DNA of 64,000 bases from a virus. Every line of letters begins with the position of its first letter. Position 1 is the stretch's first letter. Below the pieces are notes generated by a model. The model was not told where the DNA came from. It worked only from the letters and a program-made list of their open reading frames with translations, and did not search any database. Made by a program: the position numbers and the translations under genes. Below, in pieces: positions 46,806 to 53,838 of the stretch. The stretch spans positions 1-64,000 of IMG/VR virus record IMGVR_UViG_3300043313_001352. One strand, given 5' to 3'.

Positions 46806-47405
46806 ATGGACGGCATCCGGGACGGCTTCGGCGACGACCCCACCGTGGACGAGGTGCTCGCCGAGGAGGAGGAGTTCCTCGTCCGCAACGCCCGCAACGC
46901 GCTGGTCAAGAAACTGGGCCGGGGCTTCCCCGCCGGAGCCGATGAGGACGCTGTCCAGGAGGCCCGCATTGCGGCCTGGCAGTCCTGGGAGAAGAACCAC
47001 AACCGGGCCTACCTGAACATCGCCGCCCGGCAGCGGCTGATGCAGCACGTCTACCGCGACCAGTGGTTCGGCACCAAGCCGACGGCGCACGAGAAGGACC
47101 CGATCCGCCGGGCCAACCGGGACAGCTTCGATGACCCGGACAACGGCATTGACGTTCTGGTCAACTCGGCGACCTGGGTCGACCAGGTGCTGCTCGCCTA
47201 TCACCACGGCGAGATCCACCAGGCGCTGGACGCACTGACGTTTACGCAGCGCGAGTACGTGGTGCTGCGCTTCTGGGGCGGGATGTCGGACACCGAGATC
47301 GCTGCGCACCAGGGGAAGACACGGGGCGGAGTGTCTTCGGTGTGGCACAAGACCATCCGCCCGGCGCTCGCCTCTCAGTTGGAGTTGTTGAGCGACCTGT
47401 GCTAA
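46806..47405 (+). CDS. Sigma-70 family (ECF-like) sigma factor
   Basis: Region 2 EDAVQEARIAAW...AYLNIAAR; region 4 ALDALTFTQREYVVLRFWGGMSDTEIAAHQGKTRGGV. Confidence 0.85.
   Translation: MDGIRDGFGDDPTVDEVLAEEEEFLVRNARNALVKKLGRGFPAGADEDAVQEARIAAWQSWEKNHNRAYLNIAARQRLMQHVYRDQWFGTKPTAHEKDPIRRANRDSFDDPDNGIDVLVNSATWVDQVLLAYHHGEIHQALDALTFTQREYVVLRFWGGMSDTEIAAHQGKTRGGVSSVWHKTIRPALASQLELLSDLC
47233..47249 (+). promoter_or_regulatory. Perfect box inside sigma CDS
   Basis: CACTGACGTTTACGCAG, encodes LTFTQ. Confidence 0.85.
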
Positions 47406-47446
47406 ACTGTTCCTAGGAACAGACCAACGACGAAGGACGAACTGAC
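47398..47446 (+). promoter_or_regulatory. Promoter and leader
   Basis: TGTGC-TAAACT, CTGTTCCTAGGAACAG, AACGACGAAGGAC. Confidence 0.75.
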
Positions 47447-47932
47447 ATGACTGATCTCCCCACCGGCTACCGCTGGGCCACCGCCGAAGAGACCGAGGCG
47501 CACGCCGTCACGGAGAACCCGATGATGGTCGTGGTGCCCCGCACCGTGGACTCCTCGGGTACGCCGTACACCGAGGGCGAGGCTGACCTCGCGCTGCCCA
47601 TCGACCTGCCCCGTGACGAGGACGGTTTCATCGAGACCTCCGCCGTGCACGGCGAGATGTGGATGGTGCACATCCAGTGGACCGAGGACCACGACGGCCG
47701 CGTGATCGACCCGGAGCACGAGGAGTACCCGGAGACCTTCCACGGACCGTTCTTCAGCCAGCAGGAGGCTGCTGACTGGTCCAACGCCTACCCGGAGTTC
47801 ACCGAGATCCACGACATGTACGTCAAGAACCTCAACCTGGTACGGCCCACCGGGCTGCCGACGATCACCGCGAAGACCGTGGCGTACGCCGACGGCATGT
47901 CCGCCGCCCGTGCCGACCTGGGGCTCCGATGA
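47447..47932 (+). CDS. Acidic hypothetical protein
   Basis: Leader upstream. Confidence 0.7.
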   Translation: MTDLPTGYRWATAEETEAHAVTENPMMVVVPRTVDSSGTPYTEGEADLALPIDLPRDEDGFIETSAVHGEMWMVHIQWTEDHDGRVIDPEHEEYPETFHGPFFSQQEAADWSNAYPEFTEIHDMYVKNLNLVRPTGLPTITAKTVAYADGMSAARADLGLR

Positions 47933-48336
47933 GCACGCTGCCTGCCCTGGTCAAGGACGTCTCCGGCCAGTACTACGGCGGAGCGTTCTGGAACAGCGCC
48001 GACTACCGCGTCAAGATCGTGGCGCTCGACGGCACCGGGAAGAACTTCCGGATGACCGTGGAGACCGCCAGCGGCAGTGAGGTCGGCGAGTACGAGTTCG
48101 GCATGGCCGAGGTCGAGGGCATCGCCCGGATGGCCTCCACCGACCACGGGCTCGGCGCCTACCAGGACGACTGGACCATCCCGTTCGGGATGGGCCGGGT
48201 GCTGACCTGGGACCTGCCCACCATCGAGCACCACCTGGTCACCGTGGACGAGGACGTCGTCGAGGAGATCGCCGCGTGGCTGGAGTACGCCACCGGCGAG
48301 AAGGTCTGGGATGGCGGAGAGGACTGGGAGTACTGA
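47929..48336 (+). CDS. Hypothetical protein
   Basis: Coupled. Confidence 0.65.
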   Translation: MSTLPALVKDVSGQYYGGAFWNSADYRVKIVALDGTGKNFRMTVETASGSEVGEYEFGMAEVEGIARMASTDHGLGAYQDDWTIPFGMGRVLTWDLPTIEHHLVTVDEDVVEEIAAWLEYATGEKVWDGGEDWEY

Positions 48337-48569
48337 TGAGCACCTTCATCCGCAGCGCCGAGCACATCATGGCTTCAGTTGCTGACGCCATCGACGCCAT
48401 CGACGACGGCGACATCGACATCCACACGATCAGCCTGGTGCTCAACGGCCAGCACGGGGAGTTCGACCTCCGCATCGAGGCCACCGACGACGACATGGAA
48501 GACCGGCTGTGGACCGGCATCGCACACCGCGGTGGCGGCATCACCGATCTCGGGGAGGTGCTGGACTGA
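48336..48569 (+). CDS. Small acidic protein
   Basis: Coupled. Confidence 0.6.
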   Translation: MSTFIRSAEHIMASVADAIDAIDDGDIDIHTISLVLNGQHGEFDLRIEATDDDMEDRLWTGIAHRGGGITDLGEVLD

Positions 48570-48766
48570 TGGTGCTGCCACTGACGGTCACCGTGGTCGC
48601 CTGCCTGGCCATCATCGTGATGACCAGGCCGACGTTGCAACGCGACGTCGATGGCGTTGTTCAGCCACGCACCGTGGTCGTGCTCGCGAAGCTCTCGATG
48701 CTGGCCGCCATCATCGTCGGCGGCTGGTCGATCTTCGTGCTGATCGCCATCCAACTCACACCCTGA
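48569..48766 (+). CDS. Small two-TM protein
   Basis: Coupled, hydrophobic. Confidence 0.55.
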   Translation: MVLPLTVTVVACLAIIVMTRPTLQRDVDGVVQPRTVVVLAKLSMLAAIIVGGWSIFVLIAIQLTP

Positions 48767-48779
48767 CTGACAACAACCC

Positions 48780-48827
48780 TGTGGTACTCTGTTACCACGC
48801 AACGACGCAACGACAAGGAGAACTGAC
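48780..48827 (+). promoter_or_regulatory. Promoter and leader
   Basis: TGTGG-TACTCT, CAACGACGCAACGACAAGGAG. Confidence 0.65.
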
Positions 48828-49697
48828 ATGGCACGTGTGACCCACGTCCGCAAGGCGCAGCAGCGCTACGAGACCGTCCCCGTCATCGACGAGGCCACCG
48901 GGGAGCCCAAGCGCACCCAGGTGATGAAGAACGGCGAGCCCAAGATGACCCGCGCGAAGGCCGGTCGCCCCGCCCGCCCGGTCTTCATGACCGTCACGGT
49001 GCAGGACAAGACCAAGCCGCTGCCGCCGTACACCTGCGACTCGTGCCACCAGCCCATCGAGGTCGGCACGCCGTACAAGCACATCACCCCGAAGAGCGGT
49101 CCGTACGGCGGGCACAAGCGCACTCGGCACGAGTCCTGCCCGACCTGGCAGGTCTGGGAGTACAGCAACTCCTGGAGCGCTCGGATCGCCCAGGCCACGC
49201 ACGACTTCGACGTCAGCAACGCCGAGTCCACCGATGACGTTCAGAGCGCTCTCGACGACGTGGCGGCTGCCATCAAGGAGCTGGCCGAGGAGTCCCGTGA
49301 GACCGCTGGCAACATCGAGGACGGCTTCGGTCACCCGACGTCGCAGTCGGAGGAGGCCGAGCAGCGTGCCGACGACCTGGACGGCTGGGCCGACGAGATC
49401 AGCGGTGCCGACATCCCGGACCTCCCGGAGCCCGAGCCGCGGTGGTTCGTCACCAACGGCGACGGTGTCGCCTCGGACCTGTTCGAGGAGGACGGCTACG
49501 ACTCGGAGATGGACGCCGAGCAGGCGCTCGCCTCTCACCGTGACGACAACGACGAGGAGCCTGGCGAGGACGGCGAGTTCGACGACGGGTTCGAGATCGA
49601 GGAGATCACCCCGGACGAGCCCACCGAGGAGCAGCTGAACGACTGGCGTGACGAAGTCCTGGACGCTTGCTCGATCGTCGACGAGAGCCCCGTCTGA
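48828..49697 (+). CDS. Phage protein with basic Zn-ribbon N-half and very acidic C-half
   Basis: CDSCHQPIEVGTPY...RHESC; D/E-rich C-terminus. Confidence 0.75.
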   Translation: MARVTHVRKAQQRYETVPVIDEATGEPKRTQVMKNGEPKMTRAKAGRPARPVFMTVTVQDKTKPLPPYTCDSCHQPIEVGTPYKHITPKSGPYGGHKRTRHESCPTWQVWEYSNSWSARIAQATHDFDVSNAESTDDVQSALDDVAAAIKELAEESRETAGNIEDGFGHPTSQSEEAEQRADDLDGWADEISGADIPDLPEPEPRWFVTNGDGVASDLFEEDGYDSEMDAEQALASHRDDNDEEPGEDGEFDDGFEIEEITPDEPTEEQLNDWRDEVLDACSIVDESPV

Positions 49698-49999
49698 TGG
49701 CCGCCGAGGAACTGACGACCTACCAGGTCGAGGTGCTCGTCGAGGTGAAGATGGCCGGTGACGAGAACGCCGCGTACACCGCGGTCGACGAGATCATGCA
49801 GCGTGCCTGGGACACCGATGACGGTCGCAAGTGGGTGCAGCCCAAGTGGCACTTCGAGATGCTGGAGGGCTGCGTCGGTCTGGCCGATGCGCTCCGAGAT
49901 GTCGTCGGCGATGCGTGTGAGTCGCACGCTGAGTTCGAGCCCGGCTGCTCCACCTGCGTGGCACTGAGCCTGCTCGCCACCCGTGAGGTGACGTCATGA
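49697..49999 (+). CDS. Hypothetical protein
   Basis: Coupled. Confidence 0.6.
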   Translation: MAAEELTTYQVEVLVEVKMAGDENAAYTAVDEIMQRAWDTDDGRKWVQPKWHFEMLEGCVGLADALRDVVGDACESHAEFEPGCSTCVALSLLATREVTS

Positions 50000-50349
50000 G
50001 GCAACTGGACCTCACCGTCTTCGAGCCCGGCGACACCGTCGGCACCCTGTCCCAGGACGGCCGGGTCTCACTGTGGACGGTCTCCCCTGAAGGCGGGCTG
50101 ACCCGTGCCGACAACCGGCTGTTCGGAAACGCCACTGGGTTCGACCTGGACACCCCCATCGAGCAGCTCAACCTCCAGGTGCGCACCTTCAACCTGCTCA
50201 AGCGCGAAGACGTCAACACGGTCGGCGACCTGCTGACGTTTACGCACGAGAAGGGCGACGAGGAGATGCTCGCGATCCGCAACATGAGCCAGAAGAACGT
50301 CGACGAGATCAGGAACTGGGCCACCAGGCTGAGGAGCGAACGACCGTGA
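49996..50349 (+). CDS. RNA polymerase alpha-CTD-like protein
   Basis: PIEQLNLQVRTFNLLKREDVNTVGDL...EEMLAIRNMSQKNVDEI parallels RpoA CTD PIE.L.L.VR..N.LKRE...TVG.L...LL.IRN.G.K...E. Confidence 0.85.
   Translation: MRQLDLTVFEPGDTVGTLSQDGRVSLWTVSPEGGLTRADNRLFGNATGFDLDTPIEQLNLQVRTFNLLKREDVNTVGDLLTFTHEKGDEEMLAIRNMSQKNVDEIRNWATRLRSERP
50233..50247 (+). promoter_or_regulatory. Box inside alpha-CTD CDS
   Basis: CTGACGTTTACGCAC, encodes LTFTH. Confidence 0.75.
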
Positions 50350-50567
50350 GCGACGAGAAGCAGCTGCCGCCGGGAGAGAAGCGGTTCATCGCCAAGCCGC
50401 GGACCCAGGGCAAGCACACCACCTGGAACGTCTATGACCGGCAGCGGGCGAGCTTGCCAGCGAGCTTGCCAGGCTTCGGTGTGGTCGCCTCCGGGTTCAC
50501 TGACGAAACCGAGTGCCAGGCTGAAGCTGACCGTCTCGCCGCGTTCGTCGAAGGAGCCACCCAGTGA
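50346..50567 (+). CDS. Small hypothetical protein
   Basis: GTGA coupling. Confidence 0.6.
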   Translation: MSDEKQLPPGEKRFIAKPRTQGKHTTWNVYDRQRASLPASLPGFGVVASGFTDETECQAEADRLAAFVEGATQ

Positions 50568-50872
50568 GCATGCTGCTGAAGACCGCCCTGGTGCTGTACA
50601 TGCTCGCCACCGCAGCGACCGGTGCGTTGTCGGCCTTCGCCATCGCGGTCGACGCCTGGCCGTTGGCGATCGCCATCATCGCGGTCTGGATGTTCGGCTG
50701 GAGCCCGCTGGTGATCGTGGGCTACGCCGAGCTGGAGCGGCGCCTCGACGCAGAAGCTGGAGCTGGCCCGCCTGCGCAAACGTCAGTGGGACGTCATCGG
50801 GCCGACGGCCCAGCTGACCCAGCTGGCGACCAGGTGGAGCGGTTCCATCTCCTTGAGGAGCTGGCCTCGTGA
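50564..50872 (+). CDS. Membrane protein
   Basis: Two TM segments. Confidence 0.55.
   Translation: MSMLLKTALVLYMLATAATGALSAFAIAVDAWPLAIAIIAVWMFGWSPLVIVGYAELERRLDAEAGAGPPAQTSVGRHRADGPADPAGDQVERFHLLEELAS
50772..50788 (-). promoter_or_regulatory. Inverted box variant
   Basis: Reverse complement CACTGACGTTTGCGCAG (1 mismatch). Confidence 0.65.
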
Positions 50873-51192
50873 GCCCGATGCACGGCGCCGACGGTCAGGA
50901 CCCGTCGGTCCCGCCGAACAGCCGGACCGATGATCAAGAGCTGCTCGACACCAAGCACCGTCGGTTGGCCCTGGTCGGTGTCCTGGAGCTGGTGCAACGT
51001 CAACACACCGACGCGGTCGACCTGGTCACCGTCGTCGACATCCTGGGCTTGAGCGATCAGCTCGACGAGCTGGCTGGAGCTGGGCGGTCAGCTCGACGAG
51101 CTGGGGAACGTCATCGACGTTTGGCCGCAGCTCGCCAGGCAGCTGGCCTGGCGGAGGCCCAGCTCGACGGGACCGTCGGGCGGGTGGAATAA
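50869..51192 (+). CDS. Hypothetical protein
   Basis: GAGGAG RBS, coupled. Confidence 0.5.
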   Translation: MSPMHGADGQDPSVPPNSRTDDQELLDTKHRRLALVGVLELVQRQHTDAVDLVTVVDILGLSDQLDELAGAGRSARRAGERHRRLAAARQAAGLAEAQLDGTVGRVE

Positions 51193-51210
51193 CGTCACTG
51201 ACTTTTCCGC
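51191..51210 (+). promoter_or_regulatory. Degenerate box
   Basis: AACGTCACTGACTTTTCCGC. Confidence 0.5.
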
Positions 51211-51331
51211 TGTAGCTAGCACCGTTGCGCCAGCTGAAGCTACCCGTCGGTCGACATCCCGTGGACCGGTCGGTTAGAGTAGTACAAATCAACCATCAAC
51301 ATGAACCATCAACGACATGAAGGACAGCACC

Positions 51332-51865
51332 ATGACCCGATTCATCACCGTGCACGTCGGCTGCGACTGGCCGACCTGCGAGACCGTCGCCCCTGAAGGC
51401 GAAGGCATCGTCATCGAGAAGGTGCTGTCCATCGACGGCAAGCAGGGACGGTCGTTCCTGCTCTGCAAGAAGCACGTCGACGAGTTCGAGTCGGTCGTGC
51501 TGCCGTTGATGCAGGCCGGGGTCAAGGTCGAGCAGCCCAGCTCCAGCTCGCGGTCGCGGTCGAAGTCGGCCGGAACGTCATCGACGTCCGGCAGCTCAAG
51601 CCCAGCTGCGCCGCTGAAGGCCGACGAGGATGGCACCCATCCGTCGCTGGTCTGCAAGGTCGACGGCTGTGAGCGTCACGGTCGCCCGCTGTCCAACCGG
51701 ACCGGGATGGCCCAGCACGCCATCCGTAGCCACGGCTACGCCGATCTCGCCGCCTACGAGGCGGAGTTCGGGCCGGTCGCCACCGTCCCGCGCAAGAACA
51801 CCAAGAACACCTCACCGTCGGTCGAGGGCACGGTTGCCCCGGTCGACGAACCATCCATCAGCTGA
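51332..51865 (+). CDS. Lsr2-like dimerisation domain fused to C2H2-type zinc finger
   Basis: ITVHVGCD...VLSIDGK...LCKKHVDEF..VVLPLMQAGVKV; CKVDGC...LSNRTGMAQHAIRSH. Confidence 0.6.
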   Translation: MTRFITVHVGCDWPTCETVAPEGEGIVIEKVLSIDGKQGRSFLLCKKHVDEFESVVLPLMQAGVKVEQPSSSSRSRSKSAGTSSTSGSSSPAAPLKADEDGTHPSLVCKVDGCERHGRPLSNRTGMAQHAIRSHGYADLAAYEAEFGPVATVPRKNTKNTSPSVEGTVAPVDEPSIS

Positions 51866-51883
51866 AGGTCCCAGGAGGCCACC

Positions 51884-52636
51884 ATGAGTACCCCGACGCA
51901 CTACGAGCGAGCTGCCGCGGTCGCGGATGAGCTGCTGGCTGCGCACGAGCGTGGTGAGTCGGTCTCCGCGATGGCCGAGGAGCACGGTCTCCGTCGCGAG
52001 GCGATCGCCAGCGAGCTGGCCAAGCACGGCATCGGTGAGCCGTCGCCCGCACGGGAGGCGGTCCTGGAGTACGTCCGGGCCAACCCCGGTCTGTCGGTCG
52101 ACGACCTCTCGCTGCGCCTGGACCTGAGCAAGTCATCGGTCTCCCGGTACCTGCGCGGGACGCCGGAGCATCGGTTGGTGGTCAGCCGCAAGGTCTCGCC
52201 GACGCAGCGGTTCACTGATCAGCAGATGGCGGATGCTCTCAAGGCTGCGTTCCGGCAGCTCGACGATCGGTCGAAGGGCCTGTCCCGGAAGCGGTACCGC
52301 GAGATCATGGAGGGCCAGGACGTGCCCGCGGCGGCCACCTACATCCGTCGCTACGGGACCTGGTCGGAGGCGTGTCGGTTGGCCGGGGTCACCGCGGCGA
52401 AGGCCCGGCGGACCAACTACGTCCAGGACTGGAGCAACGACCAGATCGTCGACGCGGTCGCCGAGTTCGTGAACACCACCGGTCAGCTCAGCTACCACGC
52501 TTACGCAGCGTGGGCGCGCGAGCACGACAAGCCGTCGGGTCCCCTCCTCGTCCAGAGGCTCGGCGGTTGGGCCAAGGCGAAGACCCTGGCCATGTCCCAG
52601 TTCGAGACCGACGACCGGACGGTTGCGGTCGCCTAG
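51884..52636 (+). CDS. Multi-HTH protein with two homing-endonuclease-associated repeats
   Basis: NPGLSVDDLSLRLDLSKSSVSRYL; PAAATYIRRYGTWSEACRLAG; PSGPLLVQRLGGWAKAK. Confidence 0.75.
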   Translation: MSTPTHYERAAAVADELLAAHERGESVSAMAEEHGLRREAIASELAKHGIGEPSPAREAVLEYVRANPGLSVDDLSLRLDLSKSSVSRYLRGTPEHRLVVSRKVSPTQRFTDQQMADALKAAFRQLDDRSKGLSRKRYREIMEGQDVPAAATYIRRYGTWSEACRLAGVTAAKARRTNYVQDWSNDQIVDAVAEFVNTTGQLSYHAYAAWAREHDKPSGPLLVQRLGGWAKAKTLAMSQFETDDRTVAVA

Positions 52637-52655
52637 CGCCTCTCCGGTAGAGGAC

Positions 52656-52702
52656 CAGCAGCCCCGTCTCACGGTCGCCATGTCCACTGAGGCGGGGCTG
52701 CT
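52656..52702. terminator. Long hairpin ending the plus-strand block
   Basis: CAGCAGCCCCGTCTCA / TGAGGCGGGGCTGCTG. Confidence 0.6.
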
Positions 52703-52887
52703 GTATGCCCTCTTGGCAAGCGGTTGCCGGTCTAGATAGGCTTAGGTCACCTTGGCCAAGGTGCCGTTGACAAAGCCGGTACCCTCACGCACGGGACGTC
52801 GTCGCGGCGGAAGGGTGCCGAACGGGACGTTCGGTCGCCTCGAATGGTCTGGTACCAGGCCGGTCGCCAGCTGGCGGTCGCCGATCG

Positions 52888-52909
52888 AACGTCACTGACG
52901 TTTATGCAG
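52888..52909 (+). promoter_or_regulatory. Last box copy, no downstream promoter or gene seen
   Basis: AACGTCACTGACGTTTATGCAG. Confidence 0.75.
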
Positions 52910-53099
52910 GGTGGCCCAGCTCACCGTCGCCTGGCGGCCTCTGCTGAGGATCCACCGATATCGCCCGGCAGCTCGGCGAGCTGGCGGCCAGCTGGGCGCC
53001 CCGGTGCGTTTCGTCAATGACGTTGGCGTTCAACGGGCGCCTGGCGGCCCAGCTGGCCGCGGCCCAGCGACCTGGTCGAGGAGCTACCCGTCGGTCGCG

Positions 53100-53127
53100 A
53101 TCGCCGATAAGGGTCATTATGTAAGCC
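53100..53127 (+). other. dif-like XerCD recombination site
   Basis: ATCGCCGATAA-GGGTCA-TTATGTAAGCC: 11-6-11 layout with ATAA/TTATGT inner arms; intergenic. Confidence 0.7.
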
Positions 53128-53193
53128 AGATACCGGATAAGTCGGACACGGTCGACCCGTTGACGACGGAATCAGTTGTACAGCGGTACAGAT

Positions 53194-53838
53194 TCAGCGG
53201 TCGGGCGGGTGCACGGACGTCCGCTTCAGCGCCTCTGAGAAGCCCATAGCGGCCTTGCCGACGGACTGGAAGGACTCCCGCAGGCTCGGGTTGCTCCAGG
53301 CCGCTGCTGCGTGCGCCAGGGCGTCCAGACGGTCGTTCACGGCCGTGCGCCCAGCGGTTGCTTCGGCACGGTCGGCCTCGTCTTCCTCGATCGCCTGGCG
53401 GATCGAGTCCCACTCACCGTCGTGGCGGGGCGCCATCGCCACCTCCAGGCGCACCAGGTAGAGCCCGTGCGGGTCATCGGGCAGGCTCATCTCCCAGGAG
53501 ATGGACTCGCTGGTGTAACCGTTGGCATCCATGTAGCGCTGCGCGGTCGCCACCAGCCGAGCGCGGGCACCGTCGACCATCGCGGGCTCGTGCGCGTGAT
53601 CACGCAGCAGCTGTTCGACGCCGACCCAGCGGTGCGGCTCCGGGCGCAGCGATCGCGGGCGCCGTCGAGGGCTCCCCATCGGTCCGTAGTCGTAGTCGGA
53701 GAACCCGGCCATGACCTCAGCGTAGGGCTCACCGTCGGCCAGGCGGCGCATCGCTGCGAACAGCTCGCGAGCGGTCGGCTCAACCGGTCGGCGCTCGGGG
53801 CGGAGATCCTCCAGGCTGATCAACGGTGTGCTGCACAC
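53194..53838 (-). CDS. Hypothetical protein
   Basis: Long ORF; start uncertain. Confidence 0.5.
   Translation of the reverse strand: MCSTPLISLEDLRPERRPVEPTARELFAAMRRLADGEPYAEVMAGFSDYDYGPMGSPRRRPRSLRPEPHRWVGVEQLLRDHAHEPAMVDGARARLVATAQRYMDANGYTSESISWEMSLPDDPHGLYLVRLEVAMAPRHDGEWDSIRQAIEEDEADRAEATAGRTAVNDRLDALAHAAAAWSNPSLRESFQSVGKAAMGFSEALKRTSVHPPDR

Noticed and set aside
26626-52909. Box repeats as a CRISPR array
   Set aside because: Repeats are 17 bp and separated by 0.5-3 kb of genes; no cas genes.
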